Shown one piece after another: positions 18,499 to 27,179 of a DNA stretch of 45,842 bases. The notes beneath the pieces were generated by a model, which saw only the letters and a list, made by a program, of their open reading frames with translations, was not told where the DNA came from and ran no database searches. Origin of the DNA: a virus. Both the position numbers and the translations under genes were made by a program. Position 1 is the first letter of the stretch, and each line of letters begins with the position of its first letter. The DNA is taken from IMG/VR virus record IMGVR_UViG_3300049639_000145. One strand, given 5' to 3'.

Positions 18499-19869
18499 AT
18501 GACTAAGATAGTTACAGTTCCTTTGTCTGTTGATGATTCTACAAAATTACAGAAGTTAATTAATTCGACTGGAAACACCCCTGCTAAATACGAATTTTCC
18601 CCAGATCACGAAATTGAAATCAACTCTCTCCTGCGCGTTTTCAACTTCACCGAATGGGACGGCAAGGGATGCAAGTTCTCACTCATGGAAAATGCTCCAC
18701 TGTCTCCTTTTGCGTCTGGCGTTCCCTTGATTGCTCCAAAATATCCAACGGCAGCAGAAGGTCTTTGCTTCCACGATATAATCTTTGATGGCCGCCGGGA
18801 TACCCAAAAATACGCAAAAGATGAGTGTAAATCGAGAGGGAAGAATGAGTGGGGGCAGGGATATCACAACACTTTCATGCTCGGTAGCTTTAATAATGTC
18901 AAATTTTCCAACGCGGTAAACTGTGAGTTTTACAATTTGGGATTTTACAACAGCCTGGGGGATGGAATAAGAATAGAGGGTGGAACTGATATTAGAGTCC
19001 ATGACATTATCGGGAAGCGTGGAGGCCATGATATAGTATGCCTTGCCGGAGTCAATGGTGGCGAAGTATCAAACGTCAACGCTAAGCTTGCCGTTAATGC
19101 AGGAGTAAGAACTCGATCAAGCAAGAATATTAAGATTCATGACTGCATCCTGGACGGAGCAACAGGGATAGCGTACAGTCCGGGTATTCAGATTCAATCG
19201 ACTGCCACAAACTGGATAACTGACAATATCGAGATCTACAATAATACAATTTCCGGGACTTACGGGCCGGGTATTCAGATCGTAGGTACAGTCCCAAATA
19301 ACGGACTTGTGTCCGTGCACAATAATCTTATCGTTGGCTGTGGAGCTATGCCTGCAGCTTCTAAGCTTCCAGGAGTCGGAGGTATTGCTTTTGATGGTAT
19401 CTCGGTGGATATCCAGAACAATACGATTGATTCATGTTATGGGTACGGGCTTCTTGCTGGAAAGTATACACTGGCTTCGACCTATGCTGCAACTGCCCTG
19501 ATACGAAGGAATATTATTACGAATACTAAAAAAGCCCTGTATCCTGGCGTCGGTTCTGGCTCAGGAATCGCGGATCTGACAGCAGGCAGGTACAAAATTA
19601 TCGCAGAGGAGAACTGCCTCTGGGGCAACCTTACTGACCTATATAAAGTCATTCAAACGGACGGGCTGTATGTAGATCCTCAGTTTTCCGGCTTCGGAGA
19701 TTACCATCTGCAGCTTTCCAGTCCCTGCAGGTTCTCAGGCTATCAACTAGGTTGCTACGAAGACGCCGAGCAAGTGCCCGTGGAACTGCTCATTTCTCTC
19801 AAGGAAACCCAAATTCCCGAACTTATCAAACAACTCCCTAAAAAATACACAATATGGAGGAGACTATGA
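18499..19869 (+). CDS. Second right-handed beta-helix protein (putative polysaccharide lyase/lysin)
   Basis: DDSTKLQKLIN start, beta-helix coils (GDGIRI, GHDIV, PGIQI), paralogous in layout to 16501..17988. Confidence 0.75.
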   Translation: MTKIVTVPLSVDDSTKLQKLINSTGNTPAKYEFSPDHEIEINSLLRVFNFTEWDGKGCKFSLMENAPLSPFASGVPLIAPKYPTAAEGLCFHDIIFDGRRDTQKYAKDECKSRGKNEWGQGYHNTFMLGSFNNVKFSNAVNCEFYNLGFYNSLGDGIRIEGGTDIRVHDIIGKRGGHDIVCLAGVNGGEVSNVNAKLAVNAGVRTRSSKNIKIHDCILDGATGIAYSPGIQIQSTATNWITDNIEIYNNTISGTYGPGIQIVGTVPNNGLVSVHNNLIVGCGAMPAASKLPGVGGIAFDGISVDIQNNTIDSCYGYGLLAGKYTLASTYAATALIRRNIITNTKKALYPGVGSGSGIADLTAGRYKIIAEENCLWGNLTDLYKVIQTDGLYVDPQFSGFGDYHLQLSSPCRFSGYQLGCYEDAEQVPVELLISLKETQIPELIKQLPKKYTIWRRL

Positions 19870-20393
19870 CAACTGTCATTGATTTGACATACACCTACAC
19901 CACAAAATACACACAGTACGACGAAAAAATCAGAACTCACGTACAGAAAACTGTCACGATCAACGGGCAGCCAGGAAAGAAAATCAGAATTGACAGTCTT
20001 AAGTGCACTCTCGCAGCTGAAAAAGAGGGTATTGTGGCCTCTGCACTGGTCACTGCGGAGGTAGCAGGTATCGACTATAGACTCGCCGAGTGGGCAACCT
20101 CAAAAACTGCAGCACAAAATAAGAGCGCGTCACCTGCTTTTCTTGTGGATGAGGGAAAGGGTGTCGTCCTGCGGTGGCACTTAAAAACGTCCAATGCCGC
20201 GTACAAGGCAATTATGAAAGTTCCCGAATATTCGTACTCTTTCGTTGATGTCGAGAAGCCTGAGCCTGAACCCAAGAAGCCGGATCCGCAGTTTCTTGTC
20301 ACTGTCTCGTGTTCGTCAGAAACAGAGGCGAATGAACTCATTAAAACACTTAAAACTAGTACACAAGATTATACTATCTTTAAGCAGGCTTGA
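19866..20393 (+). CDS. Hypothetical protein with EKPEPEPKKPDP linker and small C-terminal domain
   Basis: ORF track; GGAGG RBS before ATG 19866. Confidence 0.65.
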   Translation: MTTVIDLTYTYTTKYTQYDEKIRTHVQKTVTINGQPGKKIRIDSLKCTLAAEKEGIVASALVTAEVAGIDYRLAEWATSKTAAQNKSASPAFLVDEGKGVVLRWHLKTSNAAYKAIMKVPEYSYSFVDVEKPEPEPKKPDPQFLVTVSCSSETEANELIKTLKTSTQDYTIFKQA

Positions 20394-20397
20394 AAAA

Positions 20398-20535
20398 ATG
20401 CATACTGAACCAAAACGCTGCTATTGTTGCTCAGATTTCGAACCGGATGAATTCGACGATTTGATGTTTGGGAAATGTAGAAAAACAGGAAAAACGGTAG
20501 CATGTAATCATATTTGTACACTTGGAGAAAACTAA
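20398..20535 (+). CDS. 45-aa Cys-rich microprotein
   Basis: MHTEPKRCYCCSDF...CRKTGKTVACNHIC; C-terminal part of the 20245 ORF. Confidence 0.5.
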   Translation: MHTEPKRCYCCSDFEPDEFDDLMFGKCRKTGKTVACNHICTLGEN

Positions 20536-20714
20536 CATGGTAGACATGGTTGTATTATCTCAAATTGCAACCGGAGCATTTGCACTGCTCGCTGTTGCTA
20601 GTACTAGAATAGCTGTCAAATACAAACAGGAGATCGAGCAGGTCACAAAACTCAAAGATCTTGCCCTATATTCACGTCAACTACTCGCGACTGAAGTCGC
20701 AAGCTTGGATATCA

Positions 20715-21878
20715 TTAAGTATCCGTATGGATGGTTGACAAACATCCCTGAGATTCCAAGCTATACCTGAAATCTCGTGTTCTATGTTCAATATTTCTAG
20801 AAGCATTCAAGTCTGCATTCATCTCATAACCGCAAGCTTCACAGTGAAATCTTAATCCTTTTCTATTATTTTTGGAGATGTGATTACACCGGTTGCAAGT
20901 TTGAGAGGTATATTCAGGATTTACATATTCTACTAGAATTCCAGCTTGTTTAGCTTTATATTCAATGAAACTCTGTAATTGTCTGAATGCCCAACTGTTA
21001 TGTAAGTATCTCTGTTTTTTATGGAGTTTTCCATTAGTTCTGTCTCTTATTTCAGTTAAATCTTCTAATCCAATTACAGACACGTTTTCCTGAACTGCAA
21101 ACTTAACAATAGCTTTAGAAATGCAATGGTTAACATCTTTCATAAAACGTTGCTCTTTACCTGCTAAACGTTTTAACACTCTTTTAGCTGATAAAGTTCC
21201 CTTAGATTGTAACCTCGCTCTCATTTTAGAATAGATATTTCTCTTGTTTTTAATTTCTCCACCTGCAAAAAACTTACATTTTTTATCGGTTGTAGAAGCT
21301 ACAGCTAGATAATTAATCCCTACATCTACACCCATGAAATTAGATGCTTGTTCTATAGCAGGTTCTTCAATTTCCTGAGAAATTGTAAGATGAAAATAAT
21401 ATTCTCCATTATCATGTTTTACAACTTTAGAAGCTGCAAACTTCCAGGGTTTTTTAAAGTATTGTTTCGCATAATCATAATTCTGGATTTTGTACGTTTT
21501 TCTTCCAGAACTATATGTAGTTATGCTAACAGAGTCTTCTGTGATTCTATAATCTCTCTTATAAGAAAGAGTCATAGACGATGGTGTGTATTGTAGCTTC
21601 TGCCATTTAGTCTTCTTACACTTAATTTGTTCTAATAATGTTTTGTAAGATCCTGCTACTTGTCTAGGAATGTTACAGCTTACCTGAGATTTTAATCCTA
21701 TAGATTCTCTCAAATGACTGTATACAAGTCCTTGTAATTTCCTTGCAGGAATTACTTTCCCGTTCTGAAAGACTACTTCTGAAACATAGTTCATCCCTTC
21801 AGAATATTTCTGCATGGTTTCCACTAAGTCATTATCAACATCTATAATTTTCAGTTGTATTGTTTTAGTGGATTCCAT
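20715..21878 (-). CDS. tnpB: TnpB (IS1341/Cas12f-like clade) RNA-guided nuclease
   Basis: RuvC GVDVG, IGLEDL, TSQTCNRC...CEAC zinc ribbon, NADLNAS. Confidence 0.92.
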   Translation of the reverse strand: MESTKTIQLKIIDVDNDLVETMQKYSEGMNYVSEVVFQNGKVIPARKLQGLVYSHLRESIGLKSQVSCNIPRQVAGSYKTLLEQIKCKKTKWQKLQYTPSSMTLSYKRDYRITEDSVSITTYSSGRKTYKIQNYDYAKQYFKKPWKFAASKVVKHDNGEYYFHLTISQEIEEPAIEQASNFMGVDVGINYLAVASTTDKKCKFFAGGEIKNKRNIYSKMRARLQSKGTLSAKRVLKRLAGKEQRFMKDVNHCISKAIVKFAVQENVSVIGLEDLTEIRDRTNGKLHKKQRYLHNSWAFRQLQSFIEYKAKQAGILVEYVNPEYTSQTCNRCNHISKNNRKGLRFHCEACGYEMNADLNASRNIEHRTRDFRYSLESQGCLSTIHTDT

Positions 21879-21888
21879 AGTATATTAT

Positions 21889-21923
21889 ATTCACACGAAA
21901 GTATTTATAGCTTTCGTGTGAAT
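21889..21923 (-). promoter_or_regulatory. tnpB2 TATA box (AAAGCTATAAATA) within a perfect 13-bp inverted repeat ATTCACACGAAAG/CTTTCGTGTGAAT
   Basis: Directly visible, just upstream of the ATG. Confidence 0.7.
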
Positions 21924-22126
21924 TTCATAGTAGCAGGGATTGTTAAGATTACGCATTCCTCCCGCAGCTAAAGCAACGGGAATCCTGCTTAAAGGTCTTT
22001 GAATCCGAGGAAGTAAAAGAGATCCTTTCCGAATATGGGGTGAGTGAATACTCTGCTGAAGTTGAACCGCCCTCTCACAGATTCTGAGAAGGACGAAATT
22101 ATAAAAATTGTTAGAAAAGTGTTAGT

Positions 22127-22171
22127 GAATTGTAAAAAAGAGAATTGTAAAAAAGAGAATTGTAAAAAAGA
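22127..22171. repeat. 15-bp tandem repeat x3 (GAATTGTAAAAAAGA)
   Basis: Directly visible. Confidence 0.9.
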
Positions 22172-22256
22172 GTGATGTTATTTTATTTATTTTTCTTATT
22201 TTTTCGGACACTGTGAGAGGCGTTTTAAAAGTCTTGATCAAGTTGAATGTATTGGT

Positions 22257-22400
22257 TTAAGCCTCCATAACTGCCAGTACTTCTTCCATCACTGGGAACA
22301 CACTTACCATGTTGCAGGCATATCTCATCTCGTCCTGTAGTGCCCTGGCTTTTTCGGGTGGAAGTTCGATAATGGTCTTTTTTGAAAGGACTAGTTTCAT
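22257..22400 (-). CDS. 47-aa hypothetical protein (MKLVLSKKTIIELPPEKARALQDEMRYAC...)
   Basis: Hand-translated; GAGGTG RBS upstream. Confidence 0.5.
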   Translation of the reverse strand: MKLVLSKKTIIELPPEKARALQDEMRYACNMVSVFPVMEEVLAVMEA

Positions 22401-22527
22401 ACTATTTTTCACCTCATTCTCTTCTTCATCGTCAACCTGTCTCTTTACATCTTTATTGTCAGATCTGCCAAAACGTCACACGAACATGAAAATTTTATTG
22501 TCGCCTCGCTAGGCAAATTTGAGATAT

Positions 22528-22782
22528 CTAATAGATACCCGTATGGATAGTCGTGTGTAGCTCCTCGCCCCCTTCAAGTAATCTCTTATGTGACGGTCCA
22601 GGGAGAGCATCCTGCTCGTACTCCCTGTTTCTCAGGGGGAAATCTTCGCCCCGAAGTTCCCATGTGAACCCGTCTGGGTATTTCAGAGTTATTGTTCCAG
22701 CGTTACAGTTGCATACAACGCATTCGGCTTTCAGGTTCTTTTTATTCTGGTTGTACCAGTCCCATATTGATTGTTTTATCAT
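22528..22782 (-). CDS. Hypothetical protein with CxxCxC motif
   Basis: ORF track. Confidence 0.55.
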   Translation of the reverse strand: MIKQSIWDWYNQNKKNLKAECVVCNCNAGTITLKYPDGFTWELRGEDFPLRNREYEQDALPGPSHKRLLEGGEELHTTIHTGIY

Positions 22783-22850
22783 AGTTTGTGGCTCCGTGAT
22801 TTTTTAAAACATCTGTTATATTTCAGTAGATAGTAATTAGTTTTCAAAGT

Positions 22851-22885
22851 ATATAAAACTTACTATGTGTAAGACAGTAAGTAAA
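22851..22885. promoter_or_regulatory. 35-bp promoter/operator repeat, copy 1 (copy 2 at 23458..23492)
   Basis: ATATAAAACTTACTAT[G/C]TGTAAGACAGTAAGTAAA, one mismatch; each copy lies upstream of a minus-strand gene. Confidence 0.75.
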
Positions 22886-22901
22886 TATAAAAAATATAAA
22901 A

Positions 22902-23129
22902 TTAATCAGGAATCTTTTTAAGTTCTTCTAAAAAAAGAACTGTATGCCCACACTTGCATAATAAAACTGGGTGAATTGGTTCTCTTATCCCTTCTTCATT
23001 CGTAACTTTGATCTGTGGTTTATACATGTATAAACCACATATTGGGCATTTAGGACGTGGGTTTTTACCTTGTCCTGTGCCGGGATTTGGGTATTTTTTC
23101 GGCGTGTTTCTCTTGCGTTTTATGGTCAT
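22902..23129 (-). CDS. Basic zinc-ribbon protein (CPICG...CKCG)
   Basis: ORF track. Confidence 0.6.
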   Translation of the reverse strand: MTIKRKRNTPKKYPNPGTGQGKNPRPKCPICGLYMYKPQIKVTNEEGIREPIHPVLLCKCGHTVLFLEELKKIPD

Positions 23130-23150
23130 GATCGATACCTTCTAGTTTTT

Positions 23151-23429
23151 TTAAATGAATCCCCCATCTTCATCTATGATCTCAAGTTTCCGAGCTTCGA
23201 CTTCACTGTCTGCTGTCAGGATATCATAAACATCTGTGTTTTCGTTACCCTCAACGAATCTAATATAATCAAGCTGATTTTCAAGTTCTCCAGCTTCCGA
23301 TCCTACCCACATATTCCACGTATTGTGGGCTTTTACAGTGTGAAAGTGGCCATTTCTAAATTCTACTGCAATAAATTCTTTGTTTGCTTTTTCTTTGAGT
23401 TGTTCTATAATTTCGTCCATCTTATTCAA
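23151..23429 (-). CDS. Hypothetical protein
   Basis: ORF track; GAGGTTG RBS upstream. Confidence 0.6.
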   Translation of the reverse strand: MNKMDEIIEQLKEKANKEFIAVEFRNGHFHTVKAHNTWNMWVGSEAGELENQLDYIRFVEGNENTDVYDILTADSEVEARKLEIIDEDGGFI

Positions 23430-23457
23430 CCTCTATAATATACAAGGCACACAATCT

Positions 23458-23492
23458 ATATAAAACTTACTATCTGTAAGACAGTAAGTAAA
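23458..23492. promoter_or_regulatory. 35-bp promoter/operator repeat, copy 2
   Basis: Matches 22851..22885. Confidence 0.75.
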
Positions 23493-23505
23493 CAATTAAA
23501 CAAAT

Positions 23506-23542
23506 AAAATAAATTATTTAAATATGTAATAATTTATATAGT
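23506..23542. repeat. 37-bp direct repeat, left border of the IbrAB cassette
   Basis: AAAATAAATTATTTAAATATGTAATAATTTATATAGT, identical to 28118..28154. Confidence 0.9.
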
Positions 23543-23572
23543 TTATAGCTACTAACAATTAAAAAATAATAA

Positions 23573-23920
23573 TTAATGTAGGATTAGATAAATTGTATCA
23601 GTCGGCTGCATACCTTTAAAAAATTTAACACCAACAGCTAAACGCTGGTTGTTAAAACTGTTGGTTGTGATGTCGGAATATTTGTAAGTGATTCTTTTCC
23701 TGATGTCGGTTTCATTGATTTCTATTGAAGTGTCACAAAGAAGCGATGGTGATTTTTTTAAGATAATTACATCTATCGTTTGCCCTGGCTGAATTCTGTT
23801 AACTACTGATCCAGCCGGGAGTCTACCTTCTTTAGATCTGGATTCTGGGATATCAGATGGTGATTTAATAGTGCAATGTTTGATATCCGAAATACAAACT
23901 TTAGATGCCATTGCATTCAT
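23573..23920 (-). CDS. Hypothetical protein, last gene of the IbrAB cassette
   Basis: ORF track; overlaps the ibrB-like stop. Confidence 0.55.
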   Translation of the reverse strand: MNAMASKVCISDIKHCTIKSPSDIPESRSKEGRLPAGSVVNRIQPGQTIDVIILKKSPSLLCDTSIEINETDIRKRITYKYSDITTNSFNNQRLAVGVKFFKGMQPTDTIYLILH

Positions 23921-24443
23921 CCCCTATTACATCCCACGACTGGCTAAATTCTGCATCTCTAAAAAGCTCTGCAAGCCCTCCTATCTGTTTTAGCCTTAGA
24001 ACTTCGTCTGCATCCATCCCAAGCTTCTTAGCAATCCAAGAATCAGACTTACCGATACGGTGCAACTCTGCAACTATATTGCTCATCAGGTCAACGTCAT
24101 GAGATCCCCTGGCCCGGTTGTGTCGGATGGTAGAAGCCATCCTTTCTCCAATATCCTTGTCAATTACGACCACTGGGAGGAGTCCTTTTTCTCTCTCGTA
24201 AATTCGTTTACTCGTTTTCAAGATTGAGTAACGATGGAAGCCGTCAACTACGATATAAACATCCTTCATAGAGTCGTAATAGGTAACTACAGGCTGAGTA
24301 TATCCGTCTTCCCAGATTGAGAGCTCTAATAAGCGCATCTCGGGTGGCGGGACACGATTTGGGTTGTAATCATTCGCAATCACTTTTTCAACTGGTATAG
24401 CTCGAACTGCATAAACTGGGCTTATAAAGTCTGACATAATCAC
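23901..24443 (-). CDS. ibrB: IbrB-like ParB/Srx-domain protein
   Basis: NDYNPN.V.PPE..LL..SI..DGYTQP.V, VVDGFHR, STIRHNRARG.H motifs match the IbrB family. Confidence 0.85.
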   Translation of the reverse strand: MIMSDFISPVYAVRAIPVEKVIANDYNPNRVPPPEMRLLELSIWEDGYTQPVVTYYDSMKDVYIVVDGFHRYSILKTSKRIYEREKGLLPVVVIDKDIGERMASTIRHNRARGSHDVDLMSNIVAELHRIGKSDSWIAKKLGMDADEVLRLKQIGGLAELFRDAEFSQSWDVIGDECNGI

Positions 24444-24446
24444 TCC

Positions 24447-25739
24447 TCAAATATCCTTATATTTTTCAATTAACATTTTCATTCTCTCTGACTGGTCCTT
24501 AGTCTGAGCAAAACTCAGCCCCTTGCACAAGTAATCATTCTTGAGAATACAGATGGCCATCCTGCGCCACGTAGGAGCCGCGCGTCTAGATTCTAATTTG
24601 TGGTCTACTGTGTCTGGTATTGATGAGTACCTCACTACTCTTTTGTTTTTGTTACCTCTAGTAGATAGCTCTGGCCTGATTTCGGCCTCTTCTGGTAAGA
24701 GTGGTAATAACTCATCGGGTACGCCAGATCCTTTCTCTTTCCAATGCTTGATGAACTTTCTAAATCTATCAATATAATTGAGTCTCATTTCATCTGGAAG
24801 TGACGCTAGTAGGAATTTAGTATAAGACTCCCAGGTGTGCCCCTTTGGAAGCTGCACATTCCTGTACCCTAATATCTTATTTCCAGCGTAGATATTGCCA
24901 AAATTCGCCCCAGAAACCCTATTAACTACTCTCGCCCAGGTTTCAGGCTCGATAACTCTAAACAGATTGAGCCCTATTCGCTGATCATCGCCGTATGGCT
25001 GGCAGATCCTCATATTAGAAAGGGGGACGCCTGCTTTGTAAAACATGTCATAGAGCCTGTTATAGTCCCATCCAAACTTACCATATGCAGTCCAGATGTC
25101 CTCTGTTTTCCAGTCGTAGATAGGATAAACATTGTAAATATCCTGGTCTGGAAACAGCCTGGTCGTCCATTGATTCCCATCTATAGTTTCCTTCGATTTA
25201 GATGCTATTGTCCTGTATCGGTTCAGACTCTCGTCTGATCTAATGCCTACAATTGTAGCCGTTTTTTTTCCATCAGCATACCATTTAGCAAACTCAGGTA
25301 CAAACTCTTCAAATTCCATTCTATACTTCCAGAATGGAAAATACGATTGATCAGAGATTACTGCAGGATGTGATGGCATTTGTCTTATCCACTTGTCTTC
25401 ATGCCCAGGTTCCCAGCAACACCAGAAAGGCTGATATACTGATACAGCATTCCTTAAGTTGAGGGGCAGGCAGACCCAGTAAGGTTCAATCAATTCAGCG
25501 TTGTCATTGAGTACGCGCTCAACATACTCAATAGTAAGTTTGTACTGCCCTTCGAGATCAATGAAGAGAACGCCAATTTTCTGATTACGTTTTTTTGCTT
25601 CTTGTAGTGCAAGCATCAGAGAAATGCCCGAATCCTTGCCTCCCGAGAATGAAACGCAGACCTTTTCAAAATTGTCAAAGATATATTCCATTCGCCTGCA
25701 CGCGGCATGATACACGTTTTCATTTGAGTACAGCTTCAT
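24447..25739 (-). CDS. ibrA: IbrA-like PAPS-reductase/DUF3440 protein
   Basis: VSFSGGKDS PP-loop, GIRSDESLNR, YPIYDW..EDIW, MRICQPYG, PTWRR...CIL.ND..C..L.F. Confidence 0.9.
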   Translation of the reverse strand: MKLYSNENVYHAACRRMEYIFDNFEKVCVSFSGGKDSGISLMLALQEAKKRNQKIGVLFIDLEGQYKLTIEYVERVLNDNAELIEPYWVCLPLNLRNAVSVYQPFWCCWEPGHEDKWIRQMPSHPAVISDQSYFPFWKYRMEFEEFVPEFAKWYADGKKTATIVGIRSDESLNRYRTIASKSKETIDGNQWTTRLFPDQDIYNVYPIYDWKTEDIWTAYGKFGWDYNRLYDMFYKAGVPLSNMRICQPYGDDQRIGLNLFRVIEPETWARVVNRVSGANFGNIYAGNKILGYRNVQLPKGHTWESYTKFLLASLPDEMRLNYIDRFRKFIKHWKEKGSGVPDELLPLLPEEAEIRPELSTRGNKNKRVVRYSSIPDTVDHKLESRRAAPTWRRMAICILKNDYLCKGLSFAQTKDQSERMKMLIEKYKDI

Positions 25740-25754
25740 CCTTCATCTCCCTCC

Positions 25755-27179
25755 TTATAATAATTTTACCAAATCCTTTAATTTGGCTTTTTCATCTTTG
25801 ACCGCGTCCACTTCTCTCTTAAAAGAGTCTGCGACGTTCTCTTTTCGAGAAATGGATTCCCATATCTTTTCATCGATTCCTGGTCCGATGATATCATAAT
25901 ATGTAACTTCGTGATCCTGGCCGAACCTATGACATCTATCTTCAGCCTGTAACCTCTCCGAATATTTGAAGGAATTTGAAAAGAAAATAACATGCCTAGC
26001 CTCGTTGAGTGTAAGGCCATGTCCACCGCATGACTGAGTTGAAATAAAAAATCTAGCATGCCCTCTAAATTTTTCAACCTCTTGTTGGCGGTCCTTTTGT
26101 GGGGTTGACCCTGTGAAAACTGCGACCGAATCAGGCCCATAACAGTTCCTGAGTTCTGAGACGATTCTGTCTATATCGTATCGAAATTTAGCCCAGATAA
26201 TTATTTTTTCGTCGTTTGGTAGTTGAGAAATGATATTGAAAAGCGATGGAAGCCTGTTATCAGGAAAAGTCAAAAACTTAAAAGTGTCTTCCTCGCTTAA
26301 CTGCATATGATATTTGCATATTCTCCTATTCCAGAATCCACTCGCGATCTGCTGAAGAACTCCGAACAGTCTAAAAATTGTATATGGTTTGAAATCGTCT
26401 AAAACATCGATCAAGAGAAGAATTTCATCTTTTGCAGTCGCATAAGCTCTTTGTTGTTCTTCAGTCATCCTGAAATACTTAGTTTTATAATGCTTCCCTG
26501 GAAGATTTATACACTCTTCTTTTGTGACCTGATACACATAAGGGGCAATTTTTGCGGCCAACTGTTCAGTATTATGAGTTCTCACAATCATACCAGGATA
26601 TTTTTCGGAGTATTCGAGGTGATTATTCGCGAATGTATACCATGATCTATACCCTAAGATTTGAGGAGAAAGAAATTTCATCTGAGAAAAGAGATCTTCA
26701 ACTCCTTGACTTATAGGCGTACCAGTCAGGACAAAACGGTATTTAGCCTTTTCAGCCAGGAGGGTTATCCTTTCAGTTCGTTTAGCCCGATGTCCTTTTA
26801 TATAAGAGCTTTCATCGAGAATTACAAACGTCTTGTCCGTGATTAATTCTTTAGCTGCAAAAACTACACGGTTCGATGACGACATTGATTCTATCCCGAT
26901 TATATACCATCTCATATTAGGTATGTTTCTTGACGTTGTTTTTTCATCAAAAACATAGATATCCTTGGCGTCAGTGTGTTTAAGAATTTCTAAAAATATA
27001 GTAGATTTCAGGGAAACTGGACAGAACCAGACAACTTTATCAATTTTATGTGCTCGTTGTTTAATTATTTCGATTGCTGTAAGGGTCTTTCCAGTACCCA
27101 TTTCCATGAAAAGCCCACCTACTCTAGTGGGTTTCAGTTTATTGACTGCTGCCTCCTGCCAGGGCATTAATTCAGTCAT
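25755..27179 (-). CDS. SNF2-family helicase/translocase
   Basis: MEMGTGKT Walker A, DES Walker B, LTGTP, GLTL, QAEDRCHRFGQ; ATG at 27179 overlaps the upstream stop. Confidence 0.9.
   Translation of the reverse strand: MTELMPWQEAAVNKLKPTRVGGLFMEMGTGKTLTAIEIIKQRAHKIDKVVWFCPVSLKSTIFLEILKHTDAKDIYVFDEKTTSRNIPNMRWYIIGIESMSSSNRVVFAAKELITDKTFVILDESSYIKGHRAKRTERITLLAEKAKYRFVLTGTPISQGVEDLFSQMKFLSPQILGYRSWYTFANNHLEYSEKYPGMIVRTHNTEQLAAKIAPYVYQVTKEECINLPGKHYKTKYFRMTEEQQRAYATAKDEILLLIDVLDDFKPYTIFRLFGVLQQIASGFWNRRICKYHMQLSEEDTFKFLTFPDNRLPSLFNIISQLPNDEKIIIWAKFRYDIDRIVSELRNCYGPDSVAVFTGSTPQKDRQQEVEKFRGHARFFISTQSCGGHGLTLNEARHVIFFSNSFKYSERLQAEDRCHRFGQDHEVTYYDIIGPGIDEKIWESISRKENVADSFKREVDAVKDEKAKLKDLVKLL

Larger units (their letters stand above)
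20676..21989 (-). mobile_element. IS200/IS605 (IS1341-like) tnpB-only element
   Basis: Minus-strand right end CTTGCGAC-TTCA-GTCGCGAG-TAGTTGAC; left hairpin TTCCCGTTGC-TTTA-GCTGCGGGAG; inferred target TTTA. Confidence 0.75.
20537..22087 (+). pseudogene. Single-TM holin-like gene interrupted by a TnpB element
   Basis: Removing 20676..21989 restores MVDMVVLSQIATGAFALLAVASTRIAVKYKQEIEQVTKLKDLALYSLKVFESEEVKEILSEYGVSEYSAEVEPPSHRF*. Confidence 0.55.

Noticed and set aside
16501-19869. Diversity-generating retroelement acting on tail fibres
   Set aside because: No reverse transcriptase and no adenine-specific template/variable repeat pair was seen.
20715-21878. tnpB2 as a CRISPR-associated Cas12f
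   Set aside because: It is bounded by IS ends, interrupts a gene and has no adjacent array, so it is an ordinary transposon TnpB.
24447-25739. Complete Dnd/Ssp phosphorothioation system or sulfate assimilation gene
   Set aside because: No cysteine desulfurase, DndD/SspC ATPase, DndE or cys pathway genes are present; only the IbrA-type PP-loop protein.
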